From the NCBI RefSeq assembly GCF_006345805.1, contig NC_043014.1, positions 15,562,001-15,626,000 on the forward strand: a stretch of 64,000 bases of DNA, in the 5' to 3' direction. Position 1 is the stretch's first letter, and the number at the start of each line of letters is the position of its first letter. The stretch comes from Octopus sinensis. Lineage: Eukaryota. Below, piece by piece: positions 26,133-39,680 of this stretch. The translations under genes were made by a program, and so were the position numbers. Under the pieces are notes generated by a model that saw only the letters and a program-made list of their open reading frames with translations, searched no databases and was not told where the DNA came from.

Positions 26133-27338
26133 TATAAGGTGTGTTATGAGAATTTATAGAACAAACATCCTATAGAAAACTCAACAAACAATTAAAGATA
26201 GAGAAGAGAAGGTGTTAAAAGTTTGAAAAGAATTTAATCCATGCATACGATTGTTTGGAACAGCAATATTAACATGTAAATAACATGGTAGAAAAATTAG
26301 AAATCAGTTTAATTATAATTAAATTAATTACATATTACTGTCCTCCTCAGTGCGAAAAAAGAATACATCAAAAAATAATATTATTATTGTCACAGAAGAC
26401 CTGACAGAGTAAGTGTCACAAAAACACTTCATTATCATCGAACAGTTTTTTTCAATATTCTTAGCCACAGCAAGTAATTTCTTTCTTAATTCTGTAATAT
26501 TAACAACAATTCTTTTATATTTATTTCTTTATCTTATTTCACACAAATGAATATATGCTTTTTCACAAAAATTTTTTTTCCCAATATATTAAGCTATTAA
26601 TTACTCCCTCACAACTCCATATACTTTTCGTTTATAATTCAAGTAGCTTAAATAAAACTATTTTAACTATTTCCTATATTTTAATCTCGAACAAGAAATT
26701 TTTTTTAAATAATTTCTTTAAATATACACCATACTTAATATTTCTTATATACCACTTATAACTGTCAAATCAAATATTAATTTGAATATAGCTATGCTGT
26801 CCCATTGGATGCTTATATATATATATATATATTATATTTTTATTCCCCTTATGATAAATATTTTATATGGAGTGTATATTACTTAATTACTTATTATTAT
26901 ATAGAGGGAATATTTCTTAAACATCTTTCACTTATATTTTAAAATAACTGTTTGCCGCATCAGTTTTAGTTCATACACAACTAGACTCAACAACTCTATC
27001 TTAGCATGCTCCTATCTTTCATAAGGATAATATATATATCCAAATATGTAATGTGACACTCGTTCCATCAAGTCTTCTGTAACAATAATAATATTATTTT
27101 TTGATGTATTCTTTTTTCGCACTGAGGAGAACAGTAATATGTAATTAATTTAATTATAATTAAATTGATTTCTAATTTTTCTACCATGTTATTTACATGT
27201 TAATATTGCTGTTCGAAACGATCGTATGCATGGATTAAATTCTTTTCAAACTTTTAACACCTTCTCTTCTCCATCTTTAACAGTTTGTTGAGTTTCTATA
27301 GCATGTTTGTTCTATAAATTCTCATAACACACCTTATA
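26133..27338. mobile_element. 1.2-kb foldback/MITE-like element with ~288-bp terminal inverted repeats
   Basis: 26133-26420 is the near-perfect reverse complement of 27052-27338 (TATAAGGTGTGTTATGAG... / ...CTCATAACACACCTTATA); AT-rich non-coding interior. Confidence 0.9.
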
Positions 27339-27789
27339 TATATGTATACCTCCCATCTCTCATTAACCAAATATAAATATATATATATATATATAATATT
27401 TGCTATTAAACAACAACAAATCCCAAACTAAGATGTACCCAATTAGAAAACTTATACATATCACAAATAAATTCTTTAATAAACCTTTACTCTACTCCCA
27501 GCATTAAAAAAAAAACATCAAAATTTTAGAAAAACAGAGACTAGAACTATCAATAATGTGCAAAGAAAAATTGTACAAAGACAACAGAGAATGAAGAAAA
27601 ACACACCACATGAAATAGGGCTTCCTCTTCAGCTGCTAATCAGATATTTGTTTTGGTTTTAAAACCTTGGGCAGTACTACTCTATCTGATGGCGTCAGCA
27701 GTGCTAAAAATAAATAGTTTTAATGCTGCTCGGGAATACACACAGATACACACACACACATGTATACATAGAAGCACACACAAATATAC

Positions 27790-27825
<36 letters not shown>

Positions 27826-28195
27826 ACCCATCAGTGTTAAATGCTTTATGCCTAATGTTTTTAAGCCTTATTTATCCACCAAGTTCATTTGGTAACCCAG
27901 ACTTTGTTGTCACAGTGAGCTGTGTACAACTACTTGACGATACATTCCTTAAATGCATAACAAAGAGATGGGAAAAGATAGAAATATTTCAACAGATATT
28001 ATCAATTGGGATTTAATAAATATTAGAACAGGGAGGACGGCATTGGGTAACCATGGTGACAAAACAGTGCAAGGCTTCAGTGAAGTTACTCAATGTTTGG
28101 TGAAGAAATATGAGCAGAGACGCATTTAATCTAATAGAAATATAATTTCTCCTTATCAAACAGGATATTGTTGATTTGGCTCTTATATTTTAGAC

Positions 28196-28240
<45 letters not shown>

Positions 28241-29067
28241 GTATGTGTGTGTGTGCATGTGTATGTGTGTGTGTGTGTGTGTGTGTGCGTGCATGTGCAT
28301 GTGTGTATCACTGTCAATGTTATTTTACATCCATTTCCCCATAATAGCATGGGTTGGGCAGGTTTCACAAGATCTTTCCACATGTTGCAGTCCTTCACAC
28401 ACACACACACACAAGGAGGTGCTGAAAAGATTCTGACTTTGAGTAAAAGAAAATACAGGAGGATCGGTTAATTATGATTTTATTCACCATACTCCCCTCT
28501 CAGATTCAGACACATACTACAGTAGTACTTATTTTCTAAGCCCAACCAGGCTTTTCACGACACCCTTAAAGCCAAGAATGTTTCAGCACCCACTCACATA
28601 TATGTGCATGTATATATATATATATTTAGATACATGTATACATATATACATGTATGTATGTATATACATATATATATTTGACTGAGGGCTGGCAAGCCAG
28701 AAGGCCGCACCAGGCTCCAATCTGATCTGGCAACTGTCGAAACTTTGCCAGATCAGATTGGAGCCTAATGTAGCTTTCTGGCTTGCCAGCCCTCAGTCAA
28801 ACCATCCAACCCATGCCATGGTGAATAGTGGACATTAACCAATGATAATGATGATGATGATATTTAGATACATGTATGTATATATACATGTATATATATA
28901 TAGGTGCAGGAATGGCTGTATGGTAAGTAGCTTGCTTACCAACCACACGGTTCCAGGTTCATTCCCACTGCATTGCACCTTGGGTAAGTGTCCTCTAGTA
29001 TAGCCTCGGGCTGACCAAAGCCTTGTGAGTGGATTTGGTAGACGGGAACTGAAGGAAGCCCATCGTA

Positions 29068-29160
<93 letters not shown>

Positions 29161-29200
29161 TGTGTGTCTGTCCCCCCCAACATTGCTTGACAACCAATGG

Positions 29201-29280
29201 TGGTGTGTTTACACCCTGGTGTGTTTACGCCCTGGTGTGTTTACACCCAAGTGTGTTTATGCCCTGGTGTGTTTACGCCC
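29201..29280. repeat. 5 x 16-bp tandem repeat TGGTGTGTTTACRCCC inside a family A SINE
   Basis: Units start at 29201, 29217, 29233, 29249 and 29265. Confidence 0.95.
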
Positions 29281-29709
29281 TTGTAACTTAGTGGTTTGGT
29301 AAAAGAGACCGATAGAATAAGTACTAGGCTTACAAAGAATAAGTCCTGGGGTTGATTTGCTTGACTAAAGGCTCCAGTATGGTCGCAGTCAAACGACTGA
29401 AACAAGTAAAAGAGTAAAAGAATACAGACATATATACACCAATCCCTCACCAAATTGCGGTTCACCTATTGTGTTTATTATTCAAGCTTACGTCAATTCC
29501 TCTGTGGTGTAATTTTGCATTTATAATAAAATAAATATATACAAATTATAAAAATAATTAAAAAAAATATACAGTATAGTACTGCTTCTATTTCGTAGAT
29601 TTTCACCTATCGCAGGGGTTTTGGAATGTAACACTCGTGATATTTGAGGGATTGCTGTATATCTAAGATATCCAAATGCATGTATGTATGAATATATATA
29701 TACATACAT

Positions 29710-29759
<50 letters not shown>

Positions 29760-32640
29760 ATGTATATATATATGTACTCACGCATATATACATGTAGATT
29801 TATGCATGTATTTTCTGTGTGTGTAAGTGAATGTGTGTCTAACGTAAACTTTCACATGCACGTTAACGCTAAGAAATCCATAAATCAGAAATCACTGAGT
29901 CACTACACCAAGCCACCATACTATCTCTTTCTCTCGCACTCTCTCTCTCCCTTTCCCTCTCACTTCCCCCTTTCTTCCCACACAAATACACACAGACACA
30001 TGCATACATATCTGCCATACTTCCAACACACATACACACACACACCACAACCAACTCCTCCATACAAACCCTTGCCCCAACACCAACCCTCCACAGCACA
30101 GTGCACCCATTACCATTTAAAGCCTTGTCCAACCTATTTATTCTTTCCTTACCATATTTCTGTGAAACATGCTGCCTTTTTTTCAATCAGCTTCAAAAAC
30201 AATGAGGAATTTAGTAAAATAACTTTGTCCTTCTTAACCTTTTAGCATTCCGATTACTTTGTCAAATGTAATGCCTAGCTATCATTTTTGTTTTACATGT
30301 TTCAGTCCTTAGTCTGCAGCCGTGCTAGGGCCCCTACTTGAATCTGGAACAGTTAGATCTTCAGGCTAATGTTCTTCTAACTTTATCTTTTTTCTTTTAG
30401 TTGTTTTGGTCATTAGACTGTGGCCAAGCTGGGGTACCATGTTGAAAAGAAGGCAAACCAGCCACTGGATGCCGAAACTCAGGATTGAACCTGGGATCTT
30501 TAGATCATTGATTTAACACTCTTCCAACTTTATCCTTTTCCTTTTACATGTTTCAATCATTAGACTGTGGCCATGCTGGGGCACCATGGTGAAAAGAAGG
30601 CAAACCAGCCACTTGACGCCAAAACCTGAGATTGAACCTGGGATCTTTAGATCATCAGTCTAACAGTCATCTAACTTTATCTTTTTTCTTTTACTTGTTT
30701 CAATCATTAGACTGTGTGTGGCCATGCTGTGGCATCACTTGAGGAATTTTAGTCAAATGAATCGACCCCAGTACTATTTCTCTTTGTAAGCCTGGTACTT
30801 TTTCTATGAGTCTCTTTTGCTAAACTGCTAAGTTACAGGGATGTAAATACACCAACACCAGTTACCAAGTGGTGGATAAACACAGAGACAAAGACACACA
30901 CACACACACACACATGCACACACGCACGTGTATATATGGCTGGCTTCTTTTAGTTGCCAGCAACTAAATCCACTTACAAGGTGCCACACAGTAGGACTGA
31001 ACCTGGAACCATGTGGTTGGGAAGCAAACTTCCTACTACACAGCCATGCCTCTACCCATTCAATCACATTTTAAAAAATAATCGCGTATTAGTTTGTAGC
31101 TTCAAGATTTTAAAGAGTTGATTGCTTACTTTCAGAATGACATTGCAGGGTAGGTGTGAGAAGACAGATCTGACCAATTTGAACATAAAGCAGATAGAAT
31201 ATTTGGGCAGGCTATGTCCATTTTCTGTGCTGGCATAGGCTGGAGGGTTTGACAGGAGCTAGTAAGGCCAGGTGGGTGGGGGGGGTCGAACCAGGCTGCA
31301 TTGTCTGTTCTGGTTTGGTTTCTATGGCTGGATACTCTTCCTAACACCAACCAACTTACAGAGTGTACTGGGTGCTCTTTTGACATGGCACCATCACCAG
31401 GTGTGTGTGTGCAAGTGTGACTATTTCTGTCTCCTAGCCTTGGCATCAAGCGATAGGTGTAAATGAGAGCCACAGTCATACAGGCAGTGTCATTCATTTC
31501 CAACATAATGCATGAACATGTCTGGTCACGGGGAAATATTAATCATCTTGCTTTGAAATGAGTGTTAGCAACAGGAAAGGTATCCAGCTGTCAAAAATCA
31601 GCCTCAATGGACTCTGTGTGTCTGACCCGTGGAAGCATGAGAAAGTGGACATTAAAACAATGATGATGATGATGTACCAAAGTTTCTTGAGGAATAAAAA
31701 ACACGGGTGTAGTTATGTTAATTTATGGTACCAGATTTCGCATGGAGTTATGTAACGGGTGAACTCGACGATATCGGAATGAATGCATGGCTCCATGAGT
31801 TCGTCAACAAAACACCTTTGTATCTAAGAAACATTTGGAACCAAAACCAAAAACGAGTAAAAAAAAAACAACAACACTACACATACATATATACATATAC
31901 ATGAACATATATACAAATATATATATGTGTGTGTGTGTGTATGTTATAGTGCAAATATATGAGAAGGGTAAATAGCTTTCCTAGTAGGAGGTAGTAATAA
32001 AATCTCAACAAATGAACATTCTCTGAATTAAGAGCATTGTATACAGGAATGTTTATTTAACAAGTTTATCAAGAATATATATCACTGGTGCTTTTTTCTT
32101 TGCACTGCCATCACAACCCCTCCTTACTACTACAGACCAACGTACATTTATCATTATTACGCTTCTATAAACATGGTGAAACACAGAAAAACCCACATGG
32201 GTATGAATATAAACAGAATTCTGATACATTTGTATAATGGTTGTTGTTCTGGTTTAGCCCAAGGCTGACCTTGATTGAGCAGGCTTATTATGATCAAAGG
32301 CATTCCTGCCTGAAACTACTCCATCTTTTTTGGACTGTATTATGTAACATGGTCTTTCTCTGCTGTTCTTTTATTCTTTTCTTTTACTTGTTTCACTTAT
32401 TTGACTGCAGTCATGCTGGAGCACCACCTTGGAGGGTTTTAGTCAAAGAAATCGACCCCAGGACATTTTTTTTTAAGCAAGGCACTTATTCTATTAGTCG
32501 AACTATTAAGTTACGGGGATGTAAACACACCTACACTGGTTGTCGAGCAGTAGTGGGGAACAAACACAGACACAAAAACACACACACATAGATATATACG
32601 CACACACACATATATGTATGTATGTATGTGTATATATACT

Positions 32641-32955
32641 ATGTGGTTGGTCTGATCAATAAGTATCCGGATTGCTGCTATGGCAACGAAGCTAAAGCAT
32701 GCAGAGTGAAGCTGCTTGGCACAGATTGATCTTGAACTCTGCTGTGCAGGTGCACTAAGTCTTAATGTCTAGCTCACTTCTGCTGTTTACAGCAGTGCTT
32801 GGAAGGAAGGTGTGTAGCGTGTGATAGCCGTATTGACCATGACAGAGAAATTTGTCATGGTGATACCTGCTCAGAGATCTGCACAAAGTTGTAGAAAGTG
32901 TTTGGAGAGGAGTGCATGAGCTACACATAAGTGTACGAGTGGTTCAGACGTTTGA
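32641..32955 (+). mobile_element. mariner-family transposon 5' fragment (terminal region plus transposase N-terminal HTH relic)
   Basis: MTEK...GDTCSEICTKL*KVFGEECMSYT*VYEWFRR from 32839, matching the mariner HTH pattern. Confidence 0.75.
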
Positions 32956-33468
32956 GTCAGGTCACACCTGCACCTGTTCTTATTGTTGTTGTTTAGTCTG
33001 AGGCTAAACTTGATTAAGTAGACCTATGGCCAAAGACATTCTAGCCTATGACCATTCTGTCTTTTAAGAGGTGTCTTGGAGTACATCACAGTTTCATGTC
33101 CATTTTCCTTGCTGTCTGGAGTCAGGTCTCAGTCAGTGTTATTTCCCTTGCAGGGGTGGTTGGCAGTGGTGGTGGTGTGACCATGTTTCAATTGTGCATT
33201 AATTTTTCGGCAAGGTTTCTACATCCGTATGCTCTTCCTAACATCAAATACTTTACAAATTACAGGCACAGATGCAGCTGTGTGGTTTAAGAAGCTTCCT
33301 TCCCAACTATATAGTCTTGGGTTAAATTCTGTTGGATAGCACCTTGGTTAAGTGTCTTCTATTATAGCCCCAGGCCAACGGAAACCTTGTGAGTGGATTT
33401 GGTAGATAGAAACTGAAAGAAGCCTGTCAAAGTTGTATGTATGAATGTATGTCTATTGATACATATGT

Positions 33469-33571
33469 ATATTTGATTAATGAGAAAGATGGCAGATGGA
33501 AGATATGAGAATGTTTATTGATCATTATAATTGTTTTGACCCATCTTCTGTTTTTCTCATTAATCAAATAT
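33469..33571. mobile_element. ~100-bp palindromic MITE
   Basis: ATATTTGATTAATGAGAAA...TTTCTCATTAATCAAATAT inverted ends. Confidence 0.7.
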
Positions 33572-34060
33572 CCAGTGAACTCTATGAAAATGAACATGCT
33601 TTACCAGTAAGCAAGCAGGTGTATACCATATGATTTATCATCTAATAATATGTGTGTGTGTGTGTGTGTATATATACACACACATATATATATATATAAA
33701 CACATACACGTGTATGTGTATGTGTGTGTAGCCTTGTCCAGACTTCAGATGATGGTTGTAAAAGAGCATCACCATCATACAACTGAGGTTGTTCAAGTCT
33801 AGTCTTCTATTGCAAACATGTCTGGCTATGGGGAAATATTACCTCGATTGGAAACAGGTGAGGGGGATGGCAACAGAAAGGGCATCAGGCTGTTGAAAAA
33901 TCTGCCTCAAACAAATTCCATCAGACCCTTGCAAGCATGGAAAGTGGCTGTTAAATGATGACAATAACAACACCAATTAAGTTTATAATTTAAAAATTTT
34001 TGTGTGTATATGGCGGTGCCACAGCATGGCCACAGCTCGTGAGCTGAAACTATATAAAAT

Positions 34061-34102
<42 letters not shown>

Positions 34103-34110
34103 CATACATA

Positions 34111-35151
34111 CAGGATATGGTGAATAAATTGTTGTCTAAATTATGCAAAAATGAAAATAACATTGACACCTTATTTTAACATATATTTACCAAAATTACA
34201 TAAAAATATCTTGAAATACTAAAGAATAAAATTATTCAATAAAATCACTATTGGCTTCAACCATGGCCTCCAGATAATTTTGGAATCTCCTGCAACTCTT
34301 CTGGACGGTCTCCTTGTTTAAGTTTGTGAATGCTGCCATAATCCTTGCCTTCAGTTCACCTTTGGTGTTACAAGGAGTTTTGTTGGTCTCTCACTCAACT
34401 GTGCCCCACACATAGTAATCAAGGAGGGTTGCAGTCTGGGGTGATGTGGTTGCAGAAATTGCGTGACAGCCATGGCTGGGTTCTCATGCTTGTGTGGCAT
34501 GGTGCAGAGTCCTGTTGCCAGACATAGGGTCTTCCAGCAGCCACCTGCTCAGAGGCCTGCGCAAAGTTGTAGAAAGTGTTTGGAGAGGAGTGTATGAGCT
34601 ACACATAAGTGTATGAGTGGTTCAGATGTTTGAGTCAGGCCACACCTGCACCTATTCTTGTTGTTGTTGTTTAGTCTGAGGCTAAACCTAAGTAGACCTA
34701 TGGCCAAAGACATTCTAGCCTATGACCATTCTGTCTTTTAAAAGATGTCTTGGAGTACATCACAGTTTCATGTCCATTTTCCTTGCTGTCTGGAGTCAGG
34801 TCTCAGTCAGAGCTATTGCCCTTGCAGGGGTGGTTGGCAGTGGTGTAGGCCTCTATGTTGAGTCTGAGACCATGTGGGAAGACAAATGGAGGCATAGCGT
34901 TGCCATCACTATTGATAGCTCTACACATCATATTGACACCCAAACACTGGAGCTTCTGGCGTGAATACCAAGCAGTACAGCATGTTGTTTACAAATTTCT
35001 GGCATAATGAATTGCGTCATGATGCTGCTTTTCTCACAGACAGTGCCCAACTGACCCTACCATACTCTGTAGTTGACAAAATCAAAAACAAACAATGCGC
35101 ATGTGTGAAATTAAATATATAAAATGGTGGCAGTTTACCCATCACACCCTG
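34111..35151 (-). mobile_element. Internally deleted Tc1/mariner-superfamily (maT/DD37D-like) transposon containing a foreign 300-bp insert
   Basis: TA-flanked CAGG...CCCTG ends; minus-strand relics MTQF...SDGNAMPPFVFPHGLRLNIEAY (34849-35020) and VAAGRPYVWQQDSAPCHTS...DCNP.DYYVWG...EAMVEANSDFIE* (34245-34545). Confidence 0.85.
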
Positions 35152-35184
35152 TACATATTTGTGTGTGTGTGTATCTATCTATCA

Positions 35185-35282
<98 letters not shown>

Positions 35283-36780
35283 GTGTGTGTGTGTGTGCGT
35301 GTGTGTGTGTGTGCGTGTGTGTATGTGTGTGTATGTGTGTCTATCTATCTATATATATATATACTTGTGTGTATGTGTGTTGGTGTGTGTGTGTGTGCAT
35401 GCATGTGCACATGTGTGTGTGTGTGTGTATCTCTCTCTATATATATCTATATATACACAGGCACATATGCATACATACTTAATGTTGACCATGATTTTTA
35501 TTGATTTCATAATGTGTGTTGTTGTTATTCTTGTTGTATGTTATAGTTTAACCAGCATGGTTGATTATTGACTTTGGTTAAAGAGGCAGATAAATAACTG
35601 ATTCTTTACACCCTAACTTTGGCACCCTATAATACTTTGCATACCATAAATCTGGCTCAGTTTTGGAGAGGAAAGGCGGGGGTGGGGTGGAGGGGATAAC
35701 ACAGCAAGAATGCATTGTCCTTTGAATCAATGCTAGTCTGATGCCAAACAAAAGGACAATCAGGAAAGTGTTGACCTCAGGTGGATCTGACCTTTGGAAG
35801 TGAAGAGCCATAGAGCCATAGGTATGATTATGTGGTTAAGGAAGCTCACTTTACAACTACTGCGATTTGAACTTGGAACACAAAGGCATTGGCATGATGC
35901 TTTGTGTTCTGAGTTCAAATCGCACCAAAGTCATCTTTGGCGTTCATCCTTTTGAAGCTTCATAAAGAAATTGTCTGTCCAGGGCTGTGGATAGGTAAAA
36001 TTGTGAAAATGTTAGACAAGATGCCTGGTGGTGTTTGTTCTGAATTTCTGTAATCTCAGTTTGAGTCCCTCCTCCTGTTATTAGGTCGAGGGAAAAGGTG
36101 AGATTTCTATCAGATAATATCAGCAATTGAAAGCAAAAAAAAAAAAAAACAATAAAAACCCAATAAAATCATAATTAAAATAATTTCCCTGGTTTAATCA
36201 GAAGAACAGGTTCAATGCAACGCTACATGGTTTGAGGGAGATTAGGTTACTATTTCTAGCAGGTTGAGTGACTGGTTCCCTTATGAACTACCTTTATCTT
36301 TTATCTTTTATTTGTTATCTTTTATTTGTTTTGATCATTGGACTGTAGCTATGCTGGAGCACCACCTTGAAGGGTTTTAGTCGAACAAATCACCCCCAGG
36401 ACTTATTTTAAGTCTGGTATGTATTTTATTAGTCTCCTTGGACAAATTGCTAAGTAACAGGGATGTAAACAAACCAATACCAGTTCACAAGTGGTGGTGG
36501 TGGTGGTGGAGGGACAAATACAAAGATGCACACATACACACACTCGTGGGCATGCGAGTGCATGCATACAAATGTATATGACAGGCTTCTACACAGTTTC
36601 CATCTACTGAATTCACTGATAAGGCATTGGGAAGTCTGGGGCTATAGTAGATTCTTACCTAAGATGCTGCATAGTGGGACTGAACTTGAAACCACATGGC
36701 TGCAAAGTGAACACAGCCATGCCTACACCTCGTGCAAATTCCACCCTTTTGCCTTTTATTATTCAAATTCCTTCTTTCAG

Positions 36781-37513
36781 GAGTCATATTGACCCATAAG
36801 AGCCTGTTTCCCAGTTCCCATGGCACATATATTTTCCCACCTGGGTGTGACACCAGTCTATCACAGGATTACTCATCTTCGCCAACTAAGTACCCTGTAG
36901 CCGTGTGAAATGACGTGTTTTGCTCAAGAACACAATACATCGCCCAGTTCAGGAATTGAAACCACAGTCTCATGATCATGCGTTCAACACCCTAACCACT
37001 AAGCCATGTGCCTCCACAAAAAGGATAAAGATCCTTTCTGAGTCATGTAGACTAATAAGGCTGGTTTTCTGGTGTCTGTGATGCAAATATTCCCCACCTG
37101 GATGGGCTGCTGGTCCTTCACAGGATTACTCACTTTTGCTGGCTGAGTATCCTGTAGCAATATGAAATGAAGTATTTTGCTCAAGAATACAACATATCGC
37201 TTGGTCCAGGAATCAAAACCACAATCTTGTGACCATGAGTTGCACACCCTAACCACTAAGCCATGTGCCTCCACAAAAGGGATAAAGATTCTTTCTGAGT
37301 CATATAGACTCATAAGGCTGGTTTCCTGGTTTCTGTGACTCATGTATTTCCCACCTGGATGGGACACCTGTTCACAATAGGATTACTCATTTTTGCCATG
37401 TGAGTGGACTGGAGCAACATGCCCAAGAACACAACACATCACTCAGTCCAAGAATCAAAACCACCATCTCACAATCACGAATCCAACACCCTAACCACTA
37501 AGCCATGTGCCTC
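36781..37513 (-). mobile_element. Head-to-tail trimer of a tRNA-headed SINE (period ~250 bp)
   Basis: CCTAACCACTAAGCCATGTGCCTCC head motif ends at ~37016, ~37272 and ~37513, with colinear bodies. Confidence 0.85.
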
Positions 37514-38074
37514 CTCATATTCCAAACTCACTATATATATATATATATATATATATAACAATAAATAACCAGGCCTGAGGGCTAATACAATCAGTGATAT
37601 AGATGCCCCAGCATGGCCACAACCCAGTGACTGAAACCAGTTAATGAACTTTTATGGAAACCCCTCCAAATTTTTGATTATATTTGAACAATCGATTGCA
37701 ACCTCCAGGCAGTGAATCGTTATTAAAAATCTAATCAGGAAGCGAGAGAATGGGAGGAGGCAGCATGAACAGTGCGTAAAATCCGAACTAAGCTCCATTA
37801 CATCTCCATTCTTCTATGTAAGAAGCTTGACAATAGCTGACATCATCCGAGTATATTTATGATGAAAGATACCCCTGTGCTCAAAATAAGGTTCATCGAA
37901 CAAGTCTCCCACCCGCCAACTACGTTCGACTAAGCTCAATCCTCCGCCTCACCCTTCTACATTTCAGATGCACACAAATAGCTGTGTGTTTATTGAATCA
38001 CAGGATATGGATGACTGAATAAATGAATTTGGCTGTCGAATGAAAAAATGAATAAAAGTGAAAGTAATAATAAT

Positions 38075-38087
38075 AATAATAGTAGTG

Positions 38088-38132
<45 letters not shown>

Positions 38133-38204
38133 ACAACAACAACAATAATAATAATAATAATAACAATAATAATAATAATGATAATAATAATAATAATGAT
38201 AATA

Positions 38205-38235
<31 letters not shown>

Positions 38236-38283
38236 TAACAATAATAATAATAATGATAATAATAATAATAATAATAATAATAA

Positions 38284-38324
<41 letters not shown>

Positions 38325-38830
38325 TAAACTTTGCCAGTAAGAGTAACCATTCAATTCATTTGAGCATGGACAAACTATTATTAATCTGACAAAAATGATA
38401 ATGATGATGGTAATGGTGGTAATGGTGGTTGTGGTGGGGATGGTGGAGGTGACAGCGGTGGTGGTGGAGGTGATGTCTGTGGTGGTGATGGTAGCCATAA
38501 CACTAAAGATGATCATGGTGGTGGGGTGGTGGTGGTGGTGGTCATAATGACGATGACCATGACAGTTATATTGGTGATGAAAACAGTGATGATGATGGTG
38601 ATGGTGGTGGCAGTGGTAGTGGTGATGGTGTTGATGGTGTTGTTGTTGGTGGTAGTGGTAGTGGTGTTGGTGGTAGTCATGATGATGATAACAATGATTG
38701 CGGTGGTCATGGTTGTGGTGGCCTTGGTGATGTTAGAAATAATAGCAACAAGGATTTTGCATATGCTGCTGCTGCTGGTGCTGCTGCTGCTGAAATTTCT
38801 GATGACTATAAACAACTGAAACAACAACCA
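38075..38830. repeat. Compound trinucleotide microsatellite field (AAT/AGT/AAC, then GGT/GAT)
   Basis: Direct inspection. Confidence 0.9.
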
Positions 38831-39228
38831 CAACAACCACAACAACCACAACATACAAGAAATAAACTAAGAATAATGCTGAGAGAATGTGTTAGTCAGA
38901 GAATGTGTTAGGCAGGTGGGAAGCGTCTGTGAGGTCTGGAACACTCATCCACCCACCTGCCCACCCGTCATATATCCTCTTACCCCATCCACCCGGATTG
39001 GTAAAGCCTGATACTGGAGAAAAAAAAAACAAAACAAAAATATAAAAATGTAGGCAGGAAGACAGATTCCAAAGGGTTTGCTTGGCTGAGAAGTAAGGAT
39101 TGGTAAGAAGTGTTTTGTGTAGGATCTGAAAGATGAGACACAGCAGAGATGAGAGCATAAAGAAGGAAGATGAGAAGGTCTTAGATACACAGTGGGTTCA
39201 TGGAAACCATTACAGTGGCGCTAATAGA

Positions 39229-39628
39229 TTTATTTACATTATTTACATTTGACGGATATTTGTCCTCATCTTATTTGTTGTTAACATGACATTTCAGCTT
39301 ATATACCCTCCAGCATTCATCAGGTATCTTGGGGAAATTTCGAACCTGGGTTCTCATTCCTAAGGTATTTTTCGATGTTATTATTATTATTACTATTCAG
39401 GTCATTTTCTGGAATTGAACTTGGAATCTTGGGGTTAGTAGCCCTCGCTCTTAACCCCTACGTAGTGGTTAAGAGCACGGGCTACTAACCCCAAGATTTA
39501 TTATTATTATTCAGGTCACTGCCTGGAATTGAACTTGGAATCTTGGCATTAGTAGCCCACGTAGTAGTTAAGAGCATGGGCTACTAACCCCAAGATTCCA
39601 AGTTCAATTCCAGGCAGTAACCTGAATG

Positions 39629-39680
<52 letters not shown>

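Noticed and set aside
29201-29280. CRISPR-like array
   Set aside because: Contiguous tandem units without spacers, in a eukaryotic SINE.
39561-39625. tRNA genes (this and the other tRNA-like heads)
   Set aside because: A and B boxes are present, but acceptor stems do not close, and each head is fused to a repeat body, so they are SINE heads.
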